Shown: in pieces, positions 36,014-45,329 of the stretch
How the letters are laid out: every line of letters starts with the position of its first letter
Numbering within the stretch: the stretch's first letter is position 1
From: an uncultured Verrucomicrobiota bacterium
GTDB taxonomy: Bacteria; Verrucomicrobiota; Kiritimatiellia; PWTM01
Direction: 5' to 3'
DNA length: 64,000 bases
NCBI GenBank assembly: GCA_964402695.1
Contig: CAYODK010000001.1
Location: 12,702-76,701, forward strand
The notes under the pieces: model-generated
What the model saw: the letters and a program-made list of their open reading frames with translations, nothing else
Database searches by the model: none
What the model was told of the DNA's origin: nothing
Made by a program: the position numbers and the translations under genes

Positions 36014-36060
36014 TCCAACCCTTGGAAGCCTGCGGCTTCCGGTCTTCCAAACCTTGGAAG
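36014..36060. promoter_or_regulatory. tandem CTTCCAA-N3-TTGGAAG palindromes 32 bp apart, immediately upstream of the 36070 gene
   Basis: gtccaacccttggaag (36014-36028) and cttccaaaccttggaag (36044-36060). Confidence 0.5.
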
Positions 36061-36069
36061 TTCCAGGTC

Positions 36070-37041
36070 GTGGCGCTTCTGCTGGCAGCCGCGCTGCCAC
36101 TGCGGGCTGCGGAGTGGGCGCAGACGAACGCGCCGCTCTGGGGGTTGGAAAAGGGTCTGCGGTTCGCCCTTCATCCCGCCGGGTTCGGTCCCGGCGCCGG
36201 CGGGCCGCGCGGACTCATCCGCATCGGCGCCCCGGTGCTTCCCGGCGGCGGGCATGCGCTGGTGAACTTCATCGCTGTCGAACCGGTGGTGAAGGGGACG
36301 CGCGGGTACAGCGAGATGGAACGGAGTCCGCTCGATGCGCAGCCCGGGCTGCGGATGATCTCCGGCGAACCAGCGCGATCGACGCCGTCGCCCGGCGTGG
36401 AACAGGTCGACGTGCCGGTGGAGGTCGAGCCGTTCGCCAACGGTGCGAGGGTCCGCCTGGTTCTCACGCAGCGCAGCGACGCGCCGGACGAACTCCGCTG
36501 CGCCGTGTTCACCCGTCCCGGCAGCGCGCCGGTGGACGACGTCATCCTCACCGCCACGATGGGCAACATGGTCCGCACGCGCCGGCTGTGGCTGGCCGAC
36601 GGGGTCCTCCACTGCCGCGCTCTCTACCCGGATTTCCGCGGCAACCGGTTCGCCCCGCACCGCGAGTTCCCGCTGGCCCGGATCGCCCGGACCGCGGAGG
36701 GCGACGCGATCGCGGCGGTCACCGGCGACGAGCCGGATCCGGCCACGGTCGTGCCGTTCCCGGACCGGCCGTTCTGGCACTATGCCGGCGTGCCGGTCAC
36801 CCAGTACTGGAAGGTGCCGGAGGCCGGGGTCGCGCCCGACCTGCGGGTCCTCGTCAACGCGCGCGCCGAATACTGGATGAGCCGGCATCCGATCCCCGGC
36901 GGCCCTGCATTCGAGAATTTCGAGATGCGGACGCGGTTCCGCGAGGGGCAGGTCTTCATCTTCGGGGTGACGAAGCGCGCGCCGGTCGATCTCATGCCGG
37001 GTGGCCGCGCGGCGAACGTGGAGTGGAGGGACGATCCATGA
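36070..37041 (+). CDS. secreted hypothetical protein
   Basis: In-frame GTG start (VALLLAAALPLRAAEW signal peptide) inside track ORF 35668..37041; no recognisable domain; stop overlaps the next gene's ATG. Confidence 0.45.
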   Translation: MALLLAAALPLRAAEWAQTNAPLWGLEKGLRFALHPAGFGPGAGGPRGLIRIGAPVLPGGGHALVNFIAVEPVVKGTRGYSEMERSPLDAQPGLRMISGEPARSTPSPGVEQVDVPVEVEPFANGARVRLVLTQRSDAPDELRCAVFTRPGSAPVDDVILTATMGNMVRTRRLWLADGVLHCRALYPDFRGNRFAPHREFPLARIARTAEGDAIAAVTGDEPDPATVVPFPDRPFWHYAGVPVTQYWKVPEAGVAPDLRVLVNARAEYWMSRHPIPGGPAFENFEMRTRFREGQVFIFGVTKRAPVDLMPGGRAANVEWRDDP

Positions 37042-38348
37042 ACCGGAGGGGTCTTCGGACAGCTGCGCTGTCGGCGCTTGCGGCGGCTTGTGCCGGGGCG
37101 TCCGCGCAGGCGGTGCGGCCGCTGGCGCAGGAGCACGTGGTCGTCTGCGAGTCGCCCTCGCCGGCGGACATCCATTGCTACACGCCCGGCATCGTGCGCC
37201 TCGACGGCGGGCGGCTGGTGGCGACGATGGATTTCGGCGGCAAGGGGATGAAGAAGACGGAGCCGCACGGGCGGGTGTTCACGTCCGACGACCACGGCGC
37301 CACATGGACCCTGCGGACGAAGTTCCCGTTCGTCCACGCGCGGCCGTTTGCGGCGGGGCCGTCCGTCTACGTGCTGGGGCACTCGGGCGATCTCGACGTG
37401 ATCCGGTCGGACGACGGTGGCACGACGTGGGGGCCGGTCGCGAGCCTGACGAAGGGGCAGTCGTGGCACCAGTCCGCCTGCAACGTCCATTACGCCCGCG
37501 GCTGCGTCTACCTCGTGATGGAGCGCCGCGTGTCCGCGAACATCCGGAGCTGGCCGGTCGGCGAACTGGCGCCGGTGCTGATGCGCGGCCGGGTCGACGC
37601 GGACCTCACGCAGGCGACGAACTGGACCTTCGCGTCCGAGCTGTCGTTCGCCGGGACGATCCCGAACCTTGCGACCGAGCCGGCGATCGACTTCTTCGGC
37701 GTGCCGTTCTACCCGGCGGGCTATCCGAGCGGCTGCGTTCCCGCCCCCGGCCGCGGCAGCGCGCCGCTCGGCTGGCTCGAGACGAACGTCATCCAGATCG
37801 AGGATCCCGACCACGTCTGGTTCGACCCCTCGGGGAGGACCTTCCACCTCTGGGCGCGCGCCCATACCGGCGGCACCGGCTATGCGGCGGTCGCGAAGGT
37901 TGTCGAGAACGAGGACGGCACGATGACCACGATGCTGGAACGCGTGCCGTCAGGCCGCCGTGCGCTCTTCCTGCCGTGCCCCGGCGGGCAGATGCGGTTC
38001 CATGTCCTGTACGACAGGCCGACCAGGCTCTACTGGCTGCTCAGCTCGCAGGCGACGGACTCGATGACGCGCGCCGACCGGTTGCCGGAAGACCGCTACA
38101 ACCTGCCGAACAACGAACGGCACCGCCTGCAGCTCCATTTCTCCCGGAACATGGTCGACTGGTGCTTCGCCGGGCTCGTGGCGGTGGGCGGCACGCCGCG
38201 CGAGGCCAGGCACTACGCGAGCCTGGCGGTCGACGGCGACGATCTCGTGGTGCTCTCGCGAAGCGGCGACGCACGCGCGAAGTCGGCGCACGACGGCAAC
38301 CTGATCACCTTCCACCGCGTGAAGAACTTCCGTGGACTGGTCTACTGA
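37038..38348 (+). CDS. BNR-repeat sialidase-like glycoside hydrolase
   Basis: MNRRGLRTAALSALAAACAGASAQA signal; Asp-boxes SDDHGATWT and SDDGGTTWG; this is the in-frame C-terminal half of track ORF 36054..38348. Confidence 0.7.
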   Translation: MNRRGLRTAALSALAAACAGASAQAVRPLAQEHVVVCESPSPADIHCYTPGIVRLDGGRLVATMDFGGKGMKKTEPHGRVFTSDDHGATWTLRTKFPFVHARPFAAGPSVYVLGHSGDLDVIRSDDGGTTWGPVASLTKGQSWHQSACNVHYARGCVYLVMERRVSANIRSWPVGELAPVLMRGRVDADLTQATNWTFASELSFAGTIPNLATEPAIDFFGVPFYPAGYPSGCVPAPGRGSAPLGWLETNVIQIEDPDHVWFDPSGRTFHLWARAHTGGTGYAAVAKVVENEDGTMTTMLERVPSGRRALFLPCPGGQMRFHVLYDRPTRLYWLLSSQATDSMTRADRLPEDRYNLPNNERHRLQLHFSRNMVDWCFAGLVAVGGTPREARHYASLAVDGDDLVVLSRSGDARAKSAHDGNLITFHRVKNFRGLVY

Positions 38349-38460
38349 GGCGCCCCGAATGAATACCACGGATGGCACGGATGAAGGCCGGCGCGGAGTC
38401 GTGGGGAGCGGTTTCGCTGCGCCGGCTACAGAGCGGCGCAATGAGTCCGGCGCGGGAACG

Positions 38461-39948
38461 ATGCGCTGTCCGATCCGTGTGATCCGTGGAATCCGTAGCG
38501 CAGCCTGCCGCTCGGCGGCAGTCGCCCTGGCCCTTGCGGCTGCGGCCGCGGCGGCGGAGCGGCCGGGTATCGTCCTCATCCTGGCCGACGACCTCGCGTG
38601 GAGCGACCCCGCGTGCTACGGCAGCCGCTGGCACGACACGCCGAACCTGGACCGGCTGGCGCGGGAGGGCATGCGCTTCACCCAGGCCTACGCGGCCGCG
38701 CCGATCTGCTCGGCCTCGCGCGCGGCGATCCTCACGGGCCGCTCGCCGGCGCGGCTCGGCTTCGAGTTCGTCACGAAGGCCGGGCCGGGGCGACAGGACC
38801 TCGGGCAGCCGCTTCTCCCGCCGCCGTTCACGCTGGACCTCCCGCTGGAGGAGGTGACGCTCGGCGAGATGCTCGCCGGAACGGGATACGCGACCGGCTT
38901 CTTCGGCAAGTGGCACGTCAGCCGCCACCATGGCGGCTACCTCGGATGGTCCCCGACGCACGGCCCCCTCCGGCAGGGGTTCGCCGCGGGCGACGCGGAC
39001 TTCGGCTGTCATCCGTACGGCTACCGGAAGGGCGCGGACGCGGACCGCGCCGAGGTGCCGGACGGCGCCTTCCCGCCGGACGCGCTCACGGACCGGGCGG
39101 TCGCGTTCCTGCGCGGCGCGAAGAGACCCTTCTTCCTGTACCTGTCGCACTACTTCGTCCACGACCCGGTCCACACGCGCTGCCGCTGGCTGGCGGACAC
39201 GGTCCGGCGGCGGCTGCCGGCCGGCGCGTCCGCGGCGCGTGCGGACTACGGCGCGATGGTGGAGACGCTCGACCACCTCGTCGGCCGCGTGATGGACGCG
39301 CTGGACCGGGCGGGCCTTGCGAAGGACACGCTCGTCGTGTTCACGTCCGACAACGGCGGCCACCCGGTCTACGCCGCAAACGGACCGCTGCGCGGCAGCA
39401 AGTGGAACCTCTACGAGGGCGGCATCCGGGTCCCGCTGATCGTCCGGTGGCCCGGCCGCGTCGCCGCGGGCTCGACGAACGACTCGGTCGTCACCGGGTG
39501 CGACTTCTTCGCCACGTTCGCGGAGCTGGCCGGGGCGGCGGCGGACGGCATCGCGCGCGACGGGACGAGCCTCGCGCCGCTGCTGCGCGACGCCGCGGCG
39601 CGGCTGCCGGAGCGGCCGCGGGTCTGGCACTTCCCGTACTACCATCCTGAGACGGGGTTCGACGCGGCGCCGGCCCGCATCGGCATCGATGATTTCGTCA
39701 CCAGCCGGACGCGGCCGCATTCAGCGGTGCGTCTCGGCAACTGGAAGCTGGTGCATTTCCACGAGAACGACCGCGACGAGCTGTACAACCTGCGTGCCGA
39801 TCCGTCGGAGCAGGAAGACCTCGCGCAGGCGGAGCCCGTTCGCCGTCGCGAGCTGCGGGCCCTTCTGGACGAGCAGCTCAAGGGAGCGTCCGCCCGCCTG
39901 CCCGAACCGAACCCGGACGCCCCGTCCACCCAGCGGAGGAAGCCATGA
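38461..39948 (+). CDS. sulfatase
   Basis: MRCPIRVIRGIRSAACRSAAVALALAAAAAAA signal; ILADDLAWSD; CSASRAAILTG (C-x-A-x-R FGly motif); FFGKWH; FTSDNGG. Confidence 0.8.
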   Translation: MRCPIRVIRGIRSAACRSAAVALALAAAAAAAERPGIVLILADDLAWSDPACYGSRWHDTPNLDRLAREGMRFTQAYAAAPICSASRAAILTGRSPARLGFEFVTKAGPGRQDLGQPLLPPPFTLDLPLEEVTLGEMLAGTGYATGFFGKWHVSRHHGGYLGWSPTHGPLRQGFAAGDADFGCHPYGYRKGADADRAEVPDGAFPPDALTDRAVAFLRGAKRPFFLYLSHYFVHDPVHTRCRWLADTVRRRLPAGASAARADYGAMVETLDHLVGRVMDALDRAGLAKDTLVVFTSDNGGHPVYAANGPLRGSKWNLYEGGIRVPLIVRWPGRVAAGSTNDSVVTGCDFFATFAELAGAAADGIARDGTSLAPLLRDAAARLPERPRVWHFPYYHPETGFDAAPARIGIDDFVTSRTRPHSAVRLGNWKLVHFHENDRDELYNLRADPSEQEDLAQAEPVRRRELRALLDEQLKGASARLPEPNPDAPSTQRRKP

Positions 39949-41447
39949 TCCCGAATCCCACGGTTCACCGATCCCGACGGCGCGCCCGCCGTGCCGGTCC
40001 TGCGGCCGGCCTGGCCCTGCTCGCCTGGGTCACCGCGGCGTCCGCGGCGGGGCCGGATCGTCCGAACGTGCTGTTCCTTGCGGCGGACGACCTCCGCAAC
40101 GACCTGGGGTGCTACGGGCATCCGATGGTGAGGACGCCGAACCTCGATGCGCTCGCCGCGCGCGGCGTGCTGTTCGAGCGCGCCTACTGCCAGCAGGCGC
40201 TGTGCAATCCGTCGCGCGCCTCGCTGATGACCGGGCGCCGGCCGGACACGCTGCGGCTGTGGAACCTGACGAAGCACTTCCGCGACGAGATCCCGGACGT
40301 CGTGACGATGCCACAGCATTTCCGCGCCGCCGGCTACTTCGCGCAGAACGTCGGCAAGATCTTCCACAACTTCCGCCAGGAGATTCAGGGCGACCCGGCC
40401 TCGTGGAACGTGCCGGCCGTGATGCACTACGGCAATCACAACGACGACCGGCCGGCCGTGGACGGCGAGCCGCCGCCCAACCTGGCGAAGGATCCGAAAT
40501 GCCAGTGCTACGACGTGCCCGACGAGGCCTACTACGATGGGCGCGTCGCGAAGCTGGCGATCGAGGCGTTGCGCGAGCGCGCCGCGAAGCCGGAGCCGTT
40601 CTTCCTCGCGGTCGGCTTCTGGAAGCCCCACTCGCCGTTCAACGCGCCGAAGCGCTACTGGGACCTCTACCGCCGCGAGGACGTCCCGATGCCCGCCAAC
40701 GCGGAGTGGCCGGCGGACGCCCCGCGCATCGCGTGGCACAACAGCCGCGAGATCCTCGGCGAGCCGGCGCGGACGCTGACGCCGGAGGCCGTCCGCGAGA
40801 TCCGCCACGGCTATCTGGCGAACATCAGCTTCCTCGACGCGCAGGTCGGCAGGGTGCTCGGCGAACTGGACCGGCTCGGGCTGGCGGACCGGACCATCGT
40901 GGTGTTCTGGTCCGACCACGGCTACCACCTCGGCGAGCAGACGCTCTGGGCCAAGACGTCCAACTTCGAGCTCGACGCGCGCGTGCCGCTGATCGTCGCG
41001 GCGCCGGGCCTCCGCGGCGGGGTGCGGACGCGGGCGCTCGCGGAACTGCTCGACCTCTATCCGACGCTGGCCGAGCTGGCAGGGTTGCCGCGGCCCGCGG
41101 GGGTGGATGGCGTGAGCCTCGTTCCGGTCCTGAAGGACCCGGCGGCGTCGGTCAAGCCGGCGGTGCTGACGCAGCATCCGCGGCCTGCGTATTACAAGGA
41201 GGCGCCGGAGGCGATGGGCTACTCGCTCCGCACCGACCGTCACCGCTACGTCGAGTGGCGCGACGGGACGAACGGCGCGGTCGTTGCGCGCGAGCTGTAC
41301 GACCACCGGGCGGACCCGGCGGAAACCCGCAACGTCGCGGGCGATCCCGCCAACGCGGTGGCGATCGCCGGGGCCGCGGAGTTGTTGAAGACATTCAAGC
41401 CGGTCGCGGGAACGCTCCCGCGGCGGGCGCGAAAGGGCGCGCAATGA
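39945..41447 (+). CDS. sulfatase (iduronate-2-sulfatase-like)
   Basis: ATGA overlap; LFLAADDLRNDLGCYG; CNPSRASLMTG (C-x-P-S-R); WSDHGYHLGE. Confidence 0.85.
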   Translation: MIPNPTVHRSRRRARRAGPAAGLALLAWVTAASAAGPDRPNVLFLAADDLRNDLGCYGHPMVRTPNLDALAARGVLFERAYCQQALCNPSRASLMTGRRPDTLRLWNLTKHFRDEIPDVVTMPQHFRAAGYFAQNVGKIFHNFRQEIQGDPASWNVPAVMHYGNHNDDRPAVDGEPPPNLAKDPKCQCYDVPDEAYYDGRVAKLAIEALRERAAKPEPFFLAVGFWKPHSPFNAPKRYWDLYRREDVPMPANAEWPADAPRIAWHNSREILGEPARTLTPEAVREIRHGYLANISFLDAQVGRVLGELDRLGLADRTIVVFWSDHGYHLGEQTLWAKTSNFELDARVPLIVAAPGLRGGVRTRALAELLDLYPTLAELAGLPRPAGVDGVSLVPVLKDPAASVKPAVLTQHPRPAYYKEAPEAMGYSLRTDRHRYVEWRDGTNGAVVARELYDHRADPAETRNVAGDPANAVAIAGAAELLKTFKPVAGTLPRRARKGAQ

Positions 41448-42364
41448 AGACACCGCTGGCGGGCATCATCCCGCCGATCGTCACGCCGCTGAAGGACCGC
41501 GACACGCTCGATGCGGAAGGCTTCGAACGCCTCGTCGAGCGCGAGATTGCAGGCAGGGTCCACGGCCTGTTCATCCTCGGCACGACGGGCGAGGGGCCCG
41601 GCCTGGGCTACCGTCTGCGCCGGGAGGTCGTCGACCACGCGTGCCGCCTTGTGAATGGCCGCGTGCCGGTTCTCGTCGGCATCACCGACACGGCGTTCGT
41701 CGAGTCCGTCGCCCTGGCCCGCCACGCCGCCGCCGCCGGGGCGGACGGAGTCGTCGCGGCGCCGCCCTACTACATGCCCGAAGGCCAGCCCGAGCTGGTC
41801 GAGTACCTGCAACACCTCGTGCCGGAGCTGCCGCTTCCGCTGTACCTCTACAACATGCCGATGATGACCAAGGTCAGCTTCGCGCCCGAGACGGTGAAGC
41901 AGGCGATGGATATCGCGGGCATCGCGGGCATCAAGGACAGCTCCGGCGACATGGACTACTTCCGCACCGTCTGCGCGATCGCGAAGGAGCGGCGGCCGGA
42001 GTGGTCGCTGCTGATGGGGTCGGAGATCCTGCTCGCGCCGGCGGTCGCGTGCGGCGCGCACGGGGGCGTCTGCGGCGGGGCCAACGTGGCGCCACGGGTC
42101 TTCGTCGATCTCTACGAGGCGGCGGTCTCGGGCGATGCGGACCGGATCAAGGCCGCGGAGGCGCGGGCCGAGGCGCTGTCGCGGATCTACCGCGTCGGCA
42201 GCCACCCGTCGACCGGCATCAAGGGCATCAAGTGCGCGCTCTCGCTGCTCGGCGTGTGCGACGACTTCATGGCCGAGCCATTCCGCCGCTTCCGGGCCCC
42301 GGAGCGGGAGAAGGTGGCGCGCATCCTGGCGGAACTGGGGCTTGGTGCCGCCGGGCACGTGTAA
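41444..42364 (+). CDS. DHDPS-family aldolase, probable N-acetylneuraminate lyase
   Basis: ATGA overlap; GLFILGTTGEGPGL (GTTGE motif); Schiff-base Lys context GIKDSSGD; embedded among sialidases. Confidence 0.75.
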   Translation: MKTPLAGIIPPIVTPLKDRDTLDAEGFERLVEREIAGRVHGLFILGTTGEGPGLGYRLRREVVDHACRLVNGRVPVLVGITDTAFVESVALARHAAAAGADGVVAAPPYYMPEGQPELVEYLQHLVPELPLPLYLYNMPMMTKVSFAPETVKQAMDIAGIAGIKDSSGDMDYFRTVCAIAKERRPEWSLLMGSEILLAPAVACGAHGGVCGGANVAPRVFVDLYEAAVSGDADRIKAAEARAEALSRIYRVGSHPSTGIKGIKCALSLLGVCDDFMAEPFRRFRAPEREKVARILAELGLGAAGHV

Positions 42365-42403
42365 CATTAGCCGATGCGACCGCATCCGATAATGTTACAC
42401 CTG
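42364..42403. other. 40-nt nested palindrome (11-bp perfect arms GTGTAACATTA/TAATGTTACAC around a palindromic spacer)
   Basis: gtgtaacattagccgatgcgaccgcatccgataatgttacac directly after the lyase stop; AT-rich for this genome. Confidence 0.6.
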
Positions 42404-42405
42404 AG

Positions 42406-44196
42406 ATGCGGGAGGATCAGGATGTGAAGACGTGGTCAGGGTTGATCGGATCGGCGGCCCTGCTGCTGGCGGCAAGCACGGCGTCTGCACAGACCGTTGC
42501 GTCGCGGTGGAATGTCGCGGCGGCCGGGGCCGTGGGCGACGGGCAGGCGGACGGCACCGCGATCTTCCAGCGCCTGCTGGACGAGGCCGGGAAGGCGGGC
42601 GGCGGAGTCGTCGAGGTCCCGGCGGGGCGGTTCCGGATCGCGGGCCACCTTGCGATCCCGGCGAACGTGACGTTGCAGGGCATCTACCGCACGGCGCCGC
42701 TGACGCCGACGGCGCGGCACGGCGGGGGTGAAGTCGGCGGCTCGGTCCTGCTCGCCTTCGAGGGCCGCGGCTCGACGAACGGCGCGCCGTTCATCGACCT
42801 GGCGGGGCACAACGCGGTGGTCGCAGGGCTGGTGGTCCGCTATCCCGAGTGGAGGCAGACCGACGTGCCGCCGGTGCCGTATCCGCCGTGCGTGGCGTCG
42901 GACGACACGGAGAACACCGGCGTCCTCGAATGCCTGCTGCTGAATCCGTACGAGGCGATCCGGCTTGTGCGGGCGCACCGGCATCTCGTTCGCAATGTGA
43001 CGGGCTATCCGTCGTGGCGCGGCCTCTACGTCGACATGTGCGGCGACATCGGCCGCGTGGAGAACGTCCACTTCTGGCCGTTCGGCGTCCACTACAAGCC
43101 GGACGATCCCTACTGCCGGTGGGTGAACACGCAAGGCACCGCCTTCGAGTTCGCGCGGACGGACTGGGAGTACGTGCTCAACACGTTCTGCTTCGGCTAC
43201 GGCGCGGGCTACAGGTTTTCCGAATCAAAGGACGGCTGCGCCAACGGCAACTTCGTCGGGCTCGGCGCGGATTCGTGCGAGCGGGCGGTGGTGGTCGAGC
43301 AGGCGCAGCCGCCGGGGCTGCTGATCTCCAACGGCGAGTTCGTCGGGCGGTGGAGCGGCACCGAGTCGGTGTGCGTCGACATCGGTCCGGACGTCGGCGG
43401 GAAGGTCAGCCTCGTCAACTGCGCGTTCTGGGGGCCGATCGACCGGTGCGTGCGGATGCGCAGCACGAACGGCCAGTTCACGGCCAGCGCGTGCCATTTC
43501 GTGAACTGGGACAACCGCGGCGCGGGCTCGGCGGCCGTGCAGATCGACGCAGGCAGGGCGATCGTGCAGGGCTGCACGTTCATGGAGGACGGCCTCCACG
43601 TCGAGGTCGGCCCGGCGGTGGCCTCGGCGATCCTGACGGCGAACCAGGCGGCCGGCGGCTTCCGCGTCGAGAACGCAGCCGGCGCGCGGACGCAGGCGGC
43701 GCTGAACGAGGCGGACCCGGTGCAGTGGACCGACGCGGCGCGGGCGCACTACCGGCTCGCCGTCGGCGTCTCCGGCGACGGGCGCTACCTGCGGGGCTGG
43801 CACGGCGCCGAGCGCGGTCCGCCGCCGTATCGCTGGAGCATGGCGCGGTCACAGTTGGTCCTGCCGGCGCCGGTGGGGAAGGCGTGCACGGTCGAACTGG
43901 GACTTTCCGTGCCGGCGCATGCGGTGGGGCCGGAGTCCGGGTTGTACCTTGGCGACGCGCGGCTTGCGCCGCTGCTCGCCGGCACGAATCTCACGGCGCG
44001 GCTGCCGGCGACGACGGAGGATCGTTACCGGCTTGAGTTGCGCTGCGCCGGGTGGGTGCCGAAGAAGTTGAACCCCGCGTCGCAGGACGACCGCGAACTG
44101 GGCGTGCAACTGCGGTCCATCACGCTGCGCGCGGACGGCGCGGGACCGGCGGTGTTCGATGCGAACACGGGGCGGCCGCAGGAGAATAGCCAATAG
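42406..44196 (+). CDS. right-handed beta-helix (pectate-lyase-fold) glycoside hydrolase
   Basis: Signal peptide, then AAGAVGDGQADGTAIFQRLLDEAGKAGGGVVEVPAGRFRI (Pectate_lyase_3-type N-terminus) and repeated beta-helix rungs; an alternative GTG start at 42424 sits 8 nt after GGAGGA. Confidence 0.65.
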   Translation: MREDQDVKTWSGLIGSAALLLAASTASAQTVASRWNVAAAGAVGDGQADGTAIFQRLLDEAGKAGGGVVEVPAGRFRIAGHLAIPANVTLQGIYRTAPLTPTARHGGGEVGGSVLLAFEGRGSTNGAPFIDLAGHNAVVAGLVVRYPEWRQTDVPPVPYPPCVASDDTENTGVLECLLLNPYEAIRLVRAHRHLVRNVTGYPSWRGLYVDMCGDIGRVENVHFWPFGVHYKPDDPYCRWVNTQGTAFEFARTDWEYVLNTFCFGYGAGYRFSESKDGCANGNFVGLGADSCERAVVVEQAQPPGLLISNGEFVGRWSGTESVCVDIGPDVGGKVSLVNCAFWGPIDRCVRMRSTNGQFTASACHFVNWDNRGAGSAAVQIDAGRAIVQGCTFMEDGLHVEVGPAVASAILTANQAAGGFRVENAAGARTQAALNEADPVQWTDAARAHYRLAVGVSGDGRYLRGWHGAERGPPPYRWSMARSQLVLPAPVGKACTVELGLSVPAHAVGPESGLYLGDARLAPLLAGTNLTARLPATTEDRYRLELRCAGWVPKKLNPASQDDRELGVQLRSITLRADGAGPAVFDANTGRPQENSQ

Positions 44197-44255
44197 CCGA
44201 TCGCCAATAGCCGATGGCCGATTGCCAAGGGCGAAAGGCGGAGCCGGGAGGTCCG

Positions 44256-45323
44256 ATGAAGCGGATTGTTGCGGGGTGTGTGCTGGTGGCGGCGATGGGT
44301 GCCGCGGGGGTGGAGACGGAGAACGTCACCGTCTTCAAGGAGCCGGGGCGCTACGGCGGATGGCCGGCGAACCACGGGATCTGGGGATGGGGGGACGAGA
44401 TCGTCGTCGGGTTCACGGCGGCGTGGTACAAGCCGGCGACGAACGACCACGCGATCGACCGCGCGAAGGCGTCTGAGGTGTGGCAGGCGCGGAGCCTCGA
44501 CGGCGGGCGGACGTGGTCCGTCGAGAAGCCGCCCGAGCTTGCGAAGCCGGCTCGTCCGGCCGACCTCCCGCCGCTGCCCGGCCCGCTCGACTTCACCGCG
44601 CCGGACCAGGCGTTGATGTTCCGTTTCGGCAGCCTGCATGTCGGGCCGTCGTGGCTGTACGTCTCCGGCGACCGCTGCCGCACGTGGCGTGGCCCGTACG
44701 CGTTCCGCGCCGAAGGCATCGACAAGGTCGCCGCGCGCACCGATGTCGTCGTGCTCGGTCCGCGCGAGGCGCTGATGTTCGCCAGCGCCGCGAAGGCGGA
44801 CAACAAGGAGGGGCGCGCCTTCTGCGCGCGCACGGCGGACGGCGGCCTGACATGGAAGCTCGCCGGCCTCATCGGACCGGTTCCCGAGGGCTACACCATC
44901 ATGCCGTCCAGCGCGCGGCTGGCGGACGGCTCGCTCCTGACGACGATCCGTCACGTCGACAAGGGGCGGCCCGCGACAATCGACGCGTATCGCAGCGCCG
45001 ACGGCGGCGCAACGTGGGAATCGCTCGGCGAGGCCGCGCACGACAACGGCGGCAACCCGCCGAGCCTGGTGACGCTGAAGGACGGCCGCCTGTGTGTGAC
45101 CTACGGCTGCCGCCGCAAGCCGTTCGGCATCCGGGCACGGATCAGCGCCGACGGCGGGCGCTCGTGGGGGCCGGAGATCCTGCTGCGCGACGACGGGCTC
45201 ACCGGCGATCTAGGCTATTCGCGGAGCATCGTCCGCCCCGACGGCCGCGTGGTCACCGTCTACTACTTCAACGGCCCCCGCGACGAGGACCGCGCCATCG
45301 AGGCGACGATCTGGACGCCGTGA
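44256..45323 (+). CDS. BNR-repeat sialidase-like protein
   Basis: MKRIVAGCVLVAAMGAAG signal; Asp-boxes SLDGGRTWS, TADGGLTWK, SADGGATWE, SADGGRSWG. Confidence 0.7.
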   Translation: MKRIVAGCVLVAAMGAAGVETENVTVFKEPGRYGGWPANHGIWGWGDEIVVGFTAAWYKPATNDHAIDRAKASEVWQARSLDGGRTWSVEKPPELAKPARPADLPPLPGPLDFTAPDQALMFRFGSLHVGPSWLYVSGDRCRTWRGPYAFRAEGIDKVAARTDVVVLGPREALMFASAAKADNKEGRAFCARTADGGLTWKLAGLIGPVPEGYTIMPSSARLADGSLLTTIRHVDKGRPATIDAYRSADGGATWESLGEAAHDNGGNPPSLVTLKDGRLCVTYGCRRKPFGIRARISADGGRSWGPEILLRDDGLTGDLGYSRSIVRPDGRVVTVYYFNGPRDEDRAIEATIWTP

Positions 45324-45329
45324 TTCCGG

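Noticed and set aside
39689-42364. 891-aa plus-strand ORF spanning two sulfatase genes
   Set aside because: Only its last ~306 codons (the DHDPS/NanA-like gene from 41444) are real; upstream it is an alternate frame across the sulfatase genes.
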